This document shows positions 56,635 through 64,000 of a DNA stretch of 64,000 nucleotides, in pieces. The DNA lies in the NCBI GenBank assembly GCA_963666475.2, contig CAXXJM010000001.1, positions 630,019 to 694,018 on the forward strand, given 5' to 3'. Position 1 is the first letter of the stretch. The number at the start of each line of letters is the position of its first letter. The position numbers were made by a program, and so were the translations under genes. The notes beneath the pieces were generated by a model, which searched no databases, was not told the DNA's origin, and saw nothing but the letters and a program-made list of their open reading frames with translations. Origin of the DNA: Lachnospiraceae bacterium. Its GTDB lineage: Bacteria > Bacillota > Clostridia > Lachnospirales > Lachnospiraceae.

Positions 56635-57954
56635 TTACTTTGCATCATTTTCATCAAAAAGATCTCCGCACTCAGGACAGAATTTTGGTGGATTTTTTGG
56701 ATCGGCAGGTTCCCATCCACATTTATCACATTTATAAAGAAGAGCATCTGCCGGTTTTTTCAAACCGCAATTGGTACAGAATTTTCCTTTATTTACTGTA
56801 CCACAACTGCAAACCCATCCATTACCTGGTTTTTTTTCACCACATTCCATGCAGAAATTCCCAGTGTTCGTTGCGCCACATGCACATTTCCAGGTTTCAT
56901 CTGCGGATGCATTTGCCTGCATTGTAGCTGCCTGTTCTTTTTGTTTCTGTCCCATCTGGAATAAGCTCTGCGCATTCATTCCACCCATATTTTGAGCCAT
57001 ATTCATTCCAGCAAATGCCATAAACGCGCCTTGACCTTCGTTCTTTGCAGCATCTTGCATTGCTTGAGACTGTGCTCCTACCAATGTTGCAGCTGCCATA
57101 TTTGGATCTCTCATCACAGCATTTCTCTGAAGCTGTTTGATCAGATCTTCATCTTCTTTCGGTGCTGATACAGAATTCATACCAAAGGAAGCTACTTCTA
57201 TTCCACGAAGTTCTTTCCACTTTGCAGACAATTCATCATTCAATACTTGTGCCATTTCCGTTGTATGACCCGGAAGAGCGGAATAACGAATTCCCATTGC
57301 TGAAATTTTTGCAAATGCTGGCTGAAGAGCAGTTAACAACTCCGTTTTCAACATACTGTCAATATTTTCTCGTTCATATACTTCAGATACATTTCCACAC
57401 ACATTCGTATAGAATAAAATCGGGTTTGTGATTTTATAAGAATATTCACCATTGCATCGAATAGAAATATCGATGTCCAACCCAATGTTTTTATCAACTA
57501 CACGAAATGGTACGGGTGTTGCTGTACCATATTTGTTCCCTAATATTTCTTTGGTATTAAAATAATATATCCTTTGATCTTTTCCAGTATCCCCACCAAA
57601 AGTGAAACGTTTTCCAACGTTTATAAAGGAATCCACAAGGCCCTGTCCAAATCCGCCTGCGAAAATAGAAGGTTCCGTTGATTTGTCATATGTATATTCT
57701 CCAGGTTCCGCACAGACGTCTACTACTTTTCCCTGCTCTACAATCAACATACATTGTCCATCTGCCACTGCAATGAGAGATCCATTAGAAATAATGTTGT
57801 CTTCTCCATGTGTATTTGTTGATCTTCTGCTTGTTTTCTTTTGTCCTTTTGCAGCAAGAATATCTTTATCTAATGCTTCGCAGTAAAAAAACTCCTTCCA
57901 CTGATCTCCAAGTACTCCTCCTGCTGCTCCTACAATTGCTTTAATTAATCCCAT
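56635..57954 (-). CDS. SPFH/band-7-like protein (COG4260, YdjI-like) with three C-terminal zinc ribbons
   Basis: N-terminus MGLIKAIVGAAGGVLGDQWKEFF... and a core typical of YdjI-type SPFH proteins. C-terminus: CACG..CMECG, CSCG..CTNCG, CDKCG..CPECG. Confidence 0.7.
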   Translation of the reverse strand: MGLIKAIVGAAGGVLGDQWKEFFYCEALDKDILAAKGQKKTSRRSTNTHGEDNIISNGSLIAVADGQCMLIVEQGKVVDVCAEPGEYTYDKSTEPSIFAGGFGQGLVDSFINVGKRFTFGGDTGKDQRIYYFNTKEILGNKYGTATPVPFRVVDKNIGLDIDISIRCNGEYSYKITNPILFYTNVCGNVSEVYERENIDSMLKTELLTALQPAFAKISAMGIRYSALPGHTTEMAQVLNDELSAKWKELRGIEVASFGMNSVSAPKEDEDLIKQLQRNAVMRDPNMAAATLVGAQSQAMQDAAKNEGQGAFMAFAGMNMAQNMGGMNAQSLFQMGQKQKEQAATMQANASADETWKCACGATNTGNFCMECGEKKPGNGWVCSCGTVNKGKFCTNCGLKKPADALLYKCDKCGWEPADPKNPPKFCPECGDLFDENDAK

Positions 57955-57980
57955 TTATTGCTCCTTCCTCTCATTTGTGA

Positions 57981-58009
57981 AAATAGCAAGCCTCAATGGC
58001 TTGCTATTT
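57981..58009. terminator. Hairpin downstream of glyQS
   Basis: AAATAGCAAGCC-TCAAT-GGCTTGCTATTT. The T-run is on the plus-strand side only, so its function for the minus-strand gene is uncertain. Confidence 0.45.
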
Positions 58010-58021
58010 ATTTTTCATATA

Positions 58022-59410
58022 TTAAAAAGTGAATTTATCGGAAAAATAAGTGTCAAGCTCTTCGATTTTTACACGAATTTGTTCCATCGAATCACGGAAT
58101 CGAATGGTTACGGATTGATCATTTTCCGATTCAAAATCATAGGTAATACAGAACGGAGTACCTATTTCATCCTGTCTACGATATCTTTTCCCAATGTTTC
58201 CTCGATCATCAAACTCGCAGTTGTACTTCTTAGTAAGCTGGCTAAATATTTTTTCTGCTCCTTCATTCAATTTCTTAGACAAAGGAAGTATCGCAATTTT
58301 AACCGGTGCTAATGCTGGATGAAAATGAAGAACGGTTCTGATGTCGCCACCTTCCAATTCTTCTTCGTCATATGCATCACACAAAAATGCGAGTACCACA
58401 CGATCCGCGCCAAGTGATGGCTCGATTACGTATGGAATATATCTTTCTTTCGTCTCATCATCAAAATAGGTAAGATCCTGTCCTGAAACTTTTTGATGCT
58501 GTGAAAGGTCATAATCTGTACGATCTGCAATTCCCCAAAGTTCACCCCATCCAAATGGAAATTTGTACTCAATGTCCGTAGTTGCTTTTGAATAAAAAGC
58601 CAATTCTTCTGGATCGTGGTCACGCACACGCATCTCAGTGTCTTTTATTCCCAAAGTTTTTAACCAATTAATGCAAAATTCTTTCCAATATGCGAACCAC
58701 TCTAAATCCGTATCTGGTTTACAGAAAAACTCAAGCTCCATCTGTTCAAATTCTCTAGTACGGAATGTAAAATTACCAGGGGTAATCTCATTACGGAAAC
58801 TTTTTCCAACTTGTCCAATCCCAAATGGTACCTTTTTTCTAGAGGTTCTTTGCACATTCTTAAAGTTTGCAAAAATACCTTGTGCAGTTTCAGGTCTCAA
58901 GTAAACCGTGTTTTTTGCATCTTCCGTTACCCCTTGAAAAGTTTTAAACATCAAATTAAACTGACGAATATCTGTGAAGTCATGAGCTCCACATGTTGGA
59001 CACGGAATCTTATGTTCTTCAATAAAAGCTTTCATTTTTGATTGTTCCCATGCATCAACCGTTTCACCAAGCTCTATTCCCTGCTCTTTTGCATAGTTCT
59101 CAATAACCTGATCTGCACGAAAACGTTCATTACATGATTTACAGTCCATTAATGGATCCGAAAATCCTCCTAAATGTCCTGATGCCACCCAAACCTGTGG
59201 GTTCATTAATATAGCGCAGTCCACACCAACATTTTCTGGTGATTCCTGAACAAATTTTGTCCACCATGCTTTTTTTACATTGTTCTTAAGTTCTACACCA
59301 AGATTTCCATAATCCCATGTATTTGCCAAACCACCATAAATCTCTGACCCAGGGTAAACAAATCCTCTACCTTTGGCGAGGGCAACGATTTTATCCATTG
59401 TCTTTTCCAT
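58022..59410 (-). CDS. glyQS: Glycine--tRNA ligase (homodimeric GlyQS type)
   Basis: Start at [27 protein letters not shown] (ATG 59410), which follows GGAGGAAG. Class II motifs present. Confidence 0.95.
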   Translation of the reverse strand: MEKTMDKIVALAKGRGFVYPGSEIYGGLANTWDYGNLGVELKNNVKKAWWTKFVQESPENVGVDCAILMNPQVWVASGHLGGFSDPLMDCKSCNERFRADQVIENYAKEQGIELGETVDAWEQSKMKAFIEEHKIPCPTCGAHDFTDIRQFNLMFKTFQGVTEDAKNTVYLRPETAQGIFANFKNVQRTSRKKVPFGIGQVGKSFRNEITPGNFTFRTREFEQMELEFFCKPDTDLEWFAYWKEFCINWLKTLGIKDTEMRVRDHDPEELAFYSKATTDIEYKFPFGWGELWGIADRTDYDLSQHQKVSGQDLTYFDDETKERYIPYVIEPSLGADRVVLAFLCDAYDEEELEGGDIRTVLHFHPALAPVKIAILPLSKKLNEGAEKIFSQLTKKYNCEFDDRGNIGKRYRRQDEIGTPFCITYDFESENDQSVTIRFRDSMEQIRVKIEELDTYFSDKFTF

Positions 59411-59432
59411 AACTTCACTTCCTCCAAACCAT

Positions 59433-59981
59433 TTATTCAAAAATGAGAATACCCACATTCCCATCATTTGACGAATCATCTACAGTAACCTGATAGATGT
59501 GCTTATCAATTTCCGATACTGAATCGGACATATAAACAATATTATGTTCTGTCATGATCTGAATCGACTCTGACACAATGAGTATAAATGCCGAATCATC
59601 CCTTGAATCCATTGATTCAAAATCATATCCATCTGCCTTTGCTTCCGCAATTGTGCCATAAAAGCAAGTAACGCCATTCATTCGTTCATAGTCAATTGCC
59701 ATTGGATACTTGATTCGCAACATAACATTTGTCTCATCAATCGATAAATTCATAAGTTCTACCGACGCTGAATGCTCCAAATTATAATCCTCAATTTCTT
59801 CATTAACATAAGATTGAAATTCCGAAAAACTGTATATGGATGAATCGAAATCTTCTACAAAATACGCCTCAACGGTCCCATCATTATGAATATAGAGTGT
59901 ACTCGTTGTAACTTCATTTGGAACACATCCTACCAACACAAACAAAACCATGGCAGAAAGTAATGCGATTATTTTTTTCAT
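59433..59981 (-). CDS. Hypothetical lipoprotein
   Basis: Signal peptide with lipobox (VLFVLVGC). No domain recognised. Confidence 0.55.
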   Translation of the reverse strand: MKKIIALLSAMVLFVLVGCVPNEVTTSTLYIHNDGTVEAYFVEDFDSSIYSFSEFQSYVNEEIEDYNLEHSASVELMNLSIDETNVMLRIKYPMAIDYERMNGVTCFYGTIAEAKADGYDFESMDSRDDSAFILIVSESIQIMTEHNIVYMSDSVSEIDKHIYQVTVDDSSNDGNVGILIFE

Positions 59982-60035
59982 TGCAACAATTCCTTTTTGA
60001 ATAATTATTTTCTAAATGTATAAAAACACTATATT

Positions 60036-60064
60036 AGTATAATGGAAAGCCTTTGTTTTTTCAA
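60036..60064 (-). promoter_or_regulatory. Promoter of the lipoprotein-glyQS unit
   Basis: On the minus strand: TTGAAA (60064-60059), 17 nt, TATACT (60041-60036). Confidence 0.5.
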
Positions 60065-60079
60065 CATCATTCTTAAATT

Positions 60080-60745
60080 TTACAAGACATCCATATCTCT
60101 AAATTGTTCAATAATCTGAATACTTTTAAACTCTCTTGCATAGAAATGTTTTCGATAGTAAACTCCTAAATTTGAAAGTTCGGATAACACAACATCGGAT
60201 ACTTGAAATGTAAACAGTTTTTCAATGGAACTACTTTCTATATACCACACTGCCTGCATCGTACCATCTAGAAGTTTCATTTTTTCTGGAACCCCTGGAA
60301 ATTCTCCCTGTGCTACCAATACACGTATTTCAAAGATCGCCTGAACCAGCTCTTTGGAAAGACCTTTGCAGGTCAGCGCTCGAATACTTTGAAATAATAA
60401 TTTTAACATTTCTCGTTCGTCATTATTTTCTCTCGTAAAGTGATCTGCCACTTCTAAAAAATACATGGCATAGTAAGCTTCTTCGTACAATCCTCGAAGT
60501 TCTTCAAAGTAATGTGTAATGTTTGTTTCTAATAAATTATACGAATTTTTGCCAGCATACAATTTAAAGACGCCAAAAGAAAAGGGATTCGTTGACGCCA
60601 AAAACCGACTATTTGGTTTTCTTGCTCCTTTTGCAAAGCAATTAATTTTCCCAAATTCTTTCGTCAGTATGGTAATTCGTCGATCGAAATCCCCTATTGG
60701 AATTGTCTTTATAACGATGCCTGTAACAAAAATAAATTCCTGCAT
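60080..60745 (-). CDS. recO: DNA repair protein RecO
   Basis: 221 aa. OB-fold N-terminus (GIVIKTIPIGDFDRRITILT). Lies immediately downstream of era, the conserved synteny. Confidence 0.85.
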   Translation of the reverse strand: MQEFIFVTGIVIKTIPIGDFDRRITILTKEFGKINCFAKGARKPNSRFLASTNPFSFGVFKLYAGKNSYNLLETNITHYFEELRGLYEEAYYAMYFLEVADHFTRENNDEREMLKLLFQSIRALTCKGLSKELVQAIFEIRVLVAQGEFPGVPEKMKLLDGTMQAVWYIESSSIEKLFTFQVSDVVLSELSNLGVYYRKHFYAREFKSIQIIEQFRDMDVL

Positions 60746-60763
60746 GTCTTTAATTAGACCTTC

Positions 60764-61660
60764 CTATTCCTTTGGATGATAACCGAAATTTTTCAAAAGA
60801 AAATCCGAATCTCTCCAGTCTTTTTTCACTTTGACCCACAATTGAAGATAAACCTTTTTACCAAGCAAAATCTCAATATCTTCTCTTGCATTCATTCCAA
60901 TTTGTTTAAGCATAGAACCACCTTTGCCAATGATGATCCCCTTATGCGTATCGCGTTCACATACAATCGTAGCATCAATTTCAACTGCGTTCTTTTTAAA
61001 CTTCATCGAGTCAACAGCTACGGCAATTCCATGTGGAATCTCATCTTCTAAAAGACGTAATGCTTTTTCTCGAATCATTTCCGAAACAATTTGACGCTCC
61101 GGTTGGTCAGTAATGGTATCTTCATCATAATATGCAGGTCCATATGGAAGATATTTAAAAATAGAATCCATCAAATCATCCAGATGCTCACCTTTTAATG
61201 CAGATACTGGTATGATTTCTTCGAAATCATACTCTTTTCGATATGTATCAATAAATTTTAGAACATCTTCCTTTTTTACAGTATCTATTTTATTAATTAC
61301 AAGAATGACAGGAGTTGATACGCCTTTTAACTGTTCGATAATGTGCTTTTCACCAGCGCCTATAAAAGTAGATGGTTCTACAAGCCACAGTACAACATCA
61401 ACATCTTTAAGGGTTCTTTCCGCTACCTGTACCATATAATTACCAAGTTTGTTTTTCGCCTTATGAATCCCTGGAGTATCTAAAAATACAACTTGCCCCT
61501 TTTCACATGTATATATCGTTTGAATACGATTTCTTGTGGTTTGTGGTTTGTTACTTGTAATTGCGATCTTTTGTCCGATCAAATGATTCATTAAGGTTGA
61601 TTTCCCAACGTTTGGTCTTCCAATCAATGTTGCAAAACCCGATTTAAATTTAGCGTCCAT
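60764..61660 (-). CDS. era: GTPase Era
   Basis: GRPNVGKST, DTPG, NKID, and C-terminal KH domain (VCERDTHKGIIIGKGGSMLK). Confidence 0.95.
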   Translation of the reverse strand: MDAKFKSGFATLIGRPNVGKSTLMNHLIGQKIAITSNKPQTTRNRIQTIYTCEKGQVVFLDTPGIHKAKNKLGNYMVQVAERTLKDVDVVLWLVEPSTFIGAGEKHIIEQLKGVSTPVILVINKIDTVKKEDVLKFIDTYRKEYDFEEIIPVSALKGEHLDDLMDSIFKYLPYGPAYYDEDTITDQPERQIVSEMIREKALRLLEDEIPHGIAVAVDSMKFKKNAVEIDATIVCERDTHKGIIIGKGGSMLKQIGMNAREDIEILLGKKVYLQLWVKVKKDWRDSDFLLKNFGYHPKE

Positions 61661-61692
61661 TCCTGCCCTTTCTTATTTGAGCATGTAATACA

Positions 61693-62796
61693 TTATTCCC
61701 TTTTCGTATCGTCAGATACCGAGGAGTCTTTCTTCTCAGTAGTTTGTACATTTGAAACAGGATTTTTTGTATACATGTTTTTTTGCATTTTTTTCATTCT
61801 TGCTTTTTTGATTTTACGGATGATTAATTTTACTACGAAGAATATTGCGAGAACAAATAAAGCAAATACAAACAAATTCCATAAAATTCTAGGTAAACGA
61901 ATGATAAAATTAATACCAAAATTACTAAGGTCTGATTTTAACTCCGCCATAGAATTTAAGAATCCCGTTCGAATACGTTCTCCAACAGATGCTTCCTGTG
62001 GAGCCTCTAAGCGTTCCACTTCAGATATATCAATTGTTATTGTAGCATAATCTACCAAGTTATCATAGGTACGTAATTGAGATTCCATACTTTGTAATTG
62101 ATAACGAATTTCGGTAAGTCTACTTTCAATTGTAATCATATCCTCCACGGTCTCTGCTTTTTTCAAAAGCTCCATCAAGTTATCCTGCTCAATCTCATAC
62201 ATCTCTTTTTTACTTTCCAAATCCACATATGTGAGCGTTACATCTGTTACTGATAGATTTTTAGAAACTACATTTGCCATGTCTCCTACTTGTTTCACAA
62301 AACTCTCTAAATCAAGTGCCGGAATACGAATCGTGTAAGTAGCATATCGAAGATTTTCATTATATCCATAATTACCATAATTGCCAACATTCTCATATAA
62401 ATTCTCGATATATCCACTCATTTGATCAATTAGAGACTCCATCTCTCTGGTAAAATTATCATATTCGAGAGTTTCCAAAGAGAGGCTGTATCTCTTGATC
62501 AATTTCTGATTCGTATTTGAAATATCCCCATCCGTTGTGTTGTTCGTCATGCCATCATAACTGGTCGTATTCTCACTAAAATCTTGATCTTTAGCGCCCA
62601 TTGTTGATGCAGTGTTGCCTTCTACGAATCCATAATCATACATCGCCTCTTCTGTGGCCATCTCATAACTCACATCATAAGAATCCGATACAGACATCGC
62701 CGAATTTTCTTGACTTCCACATCCAGTCATTATGAGTAGTCCACACAGTGACAAACAAAATACGATTGCTTTTTTGTTCCTAAATCCCTTTTTCAT
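61693..62796 (-). CDS. DUF4349-like lipoprotein with coiled-coil region and C-terminal TM anchor
   Basis: Start moved to MKKGFRNK (62796), which follows AGGAGGAA. Lipobox LIMTGC. The central coiled-coil and terminal TM match my recollection of DUF4349. Confidence 0.55.
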   Translation of the reverse strand: MKKGFRNKKAIVFCLSLCGLLIMTGCGSQENSAMSVSDSYDVSYEMATEEAMYDYGFVEGNTASTMGAKDQDFSENTTSYDGMTNNTTDGDISNTNQKLIKRYSLSLETLEYDNFTREMESLIDQMSGYIENLYENVGNYGNYGYNENLRYATYTIRIPALDLESFVKQVGDMANVVSKNLSVTDVTLTYVDLESKKEMYEIEQDNLMELLKKAETVEDMITIESRLTEIRYQLQSMESQLRTYDNLVDYATITIDISEVERLEAPQEASVGERIRTGFLNSMAELKSDLSNFGINFIIRLPRILWNLFVFALFVLAIFFVVKLIIRKIKKARMKKMQKNMYTKNPVSNVQTTEKKDSSVSDDTKRE

Positions 62797-62815
62797 ACGT
62801 TTCCTCCTATTCGCA

Positions 62816-62831
62816 TCGTGAATATTCACGA
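62816..62831. promoter_or_regulatory. Perfect 16-bp palindrome in the 5' region of the DUF4349-like gene
   Basis: TCGTGAATATTCACGA, 20 nt upstream of the preferred start. It is followed by a second small hairpin, AAGTC-TTTC-GACTT (62831-62844). Confidence 0.35.
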
Positions 62832-62898
62832 AGTCTTTCGACTTTATCTTGCTTGTTTCTATTAAGATATACGAATAATTCCCCCATTTTTAAAGTAC

Positions 62899-64000
62899 TT
62901 AATGAAATAATGGTTCTATGTGTCCAAATAGATTTTCATTTTCTTTAATTTTATCTGCGTTTCCAACAACACAAAAAGCGTCTTGATCTAAAAGAGCCTC
63001 AATATATTTTGCCAGTGACTGGATATCTTCTAATGTAATATCAAGGATTTCATCACGCTGTTTTTGCACATCCGCAAGCGTTATATTGGATAAATATGCC
63101 GACAATGAACGAGTCCCTTTCGCCTGTGGTGTAAGCGGTCTGTCAACGTTTGACATAGCACCAATTACATATTTTGTAATGGTACGTTCATCGCCTTTAA
63201 ATGAACGGATATAAGCTGGAGCCTTTTCATATACCTGTACGGTCTTCTCTAAATTTGGATCACGATAAGATGACATCATACATTCTCCTGATTTCGTAAA
63301 GCTTATACGACATCCATAAGCGCCACCTTTTACACGAACATTATTCCAAAGATAATCATAACCCATAATCACACGAAGGACTTCTAATGCGCCAGTGTAT
63401 TCTAGTCCAACTTTTCGATAATCTCCTGCTCTAGCAACATACTGAATTTGTGCAGAATTTTGATATCCTACATTTTCATTTTTCAATTCAAAGCTCCATG
63501 TTTCTGGTTCCGGATCCAAAACACTCAAATTATTTTTAAGGATTCCAACATACTCCTTCAAAAGCGATTCGTCATATGTATGAATAGTCGTATCCAACAT
63601 TAAATTTTCTTCGCGATAAATAGCATTTTTTACACGTTCAAGATTCGCTAATATGACATCAATTTTGTCATCGAAGCTTTCTTCTAAATACTCTAAGAAA
63701 CGATAATATGTAATACCTTGCATAATTTCAGAAATTTTTGCAGTCTCTGAAAAATAAGACATTGCACAGTCCGCAGCAACTTGATCACCTGAAAACATCA
63801 TTCGAGCTTGTTCCTTTGACTTTTGCTCTGAAATCACTTCTAAAATTCGTTTGTGATCTGAAAATTGAGATTCGAACATTACTTCATTTAAAAGTTCAAG
63901 CCCTGTTTTTGTCTGATCCGCAAGTGTTTTTACTTTTGCCTGAAAAATAAGTTGATACGCAGGCAGATTTTTGGAATCTTTATATGTTGATACTGAGAAA
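62899..64000 (-). CDS. M16C (PreP/insulinase-like) metallopeptidase, C-terminal part (gene continues beyond the right window edge)
   Basis: The reading frame stays open upstream of the ORF-track Met through position 64000 (...NLPAYQLIFQAKVKTLADQTKTGLELLNEVMFESQF...). Overall resemblance to the C-terminal half of PreP-type peptidases. Confidence 0.7.
   Translation of the reverse strand, partial: FSVSTYKDSKNLPAYQLIFQAKVKTLADQTKTGLELLNEVMFESQFSDHKRILEVISEQKSKEQARMMFSGDQVAADCAMSYFSETAKISEIMQGITYYRFLEYLEESFDDKIDVILANLERVKNAIYREENLMLDTTIHTYDESLLKEYVGILKNNLSVLDPEPETWSFELKNENVGYQNSAQIQYVARAGDYRKVGLEYTGALEVLRVIMGYDYLWNNVRVKGGAYGCRISFTKSGECMMSSYRDPNLEKTVQVYEKAPAYIRSFKGDERTITKYVIGAMSNVDRPLTPQAKGTRSLSAYLSNITLADVQKQRDEILDITLEDIQSLAKYIEALLDQDAFCVVGNADKIKENENLFGHIEPLFH

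Noticed and set aside
1-64000. Looked for CRISPR arrays, tRNA/rRNA genes, transposases, integrases, toxin-antitoxin pairs and known defence genes.
   Set aside because: No regularly spaced direct repeats were seen, and no intergenic region exceeds about 350 nt. No ORF has recognisable transposase, integrase, restriction or Cas motifs. The by-eye scan cannot exclude short or degenerate elements.

Overview
AT-rich chromosomal core region of a low-GC anaerobic Firmicute. It looks Clostridia/Lachnospiraceae-like, judged from the rnfCDGEAB operon, the HydS-type hydrogenase module, the cmk-ispH-S1 synteny and T-box control. About 50 of roughly 56 genes lie on the minus strand in tight operons. All product calls come from reading the supplied translations and recognising family motifs from memory; no BLAST, HMM or CM search was run. 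Content falls into five groups. (1) Housekeeping: aroF-tyrA, queA, pheST with a Phe T-box leader, alaS, glyQS, rpsU (58 aa, absent from the ORF track), an S1 protein, ispH, cmk, thrC, deoC, udk, scpAB, recO and era. (2) Energy metabolism: rnfCDGEAB, a five-gene Na+-decarboxylase-type cluster that carries two different carboxyltransferases, a PEP carboxykinase-like gene, and citrate synthase. (3) A five-gene unit encoding rex, a [2Fe-2S] protein, a HydS-like sensory hydrogenase, a PP2C phosphatase and a second [FeFe] hydrogenase. (4) Signalling and regulation: a stand-alone PilZ, an EAL-CBS-GGDEF protein, an orphan cheR, and AraC, TetR, RpiR and LysR regulators. (5) Poorly characterised modules: an SPFH/Zn-ribbon/TPM triad, an AraC regulator paired with a double-AP2 protein, and a GH25-like membrane protein. 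A ~170-nt 6S-RNA-like gene with its own near-consensus promoter sits between pckA and yihY. I found no CRISPR array, transposase, integrase, prophage or recognisable defence island. The most interesting items are therefore unusual arrangements of partly known modules, not a clearly new mobile or defence system.
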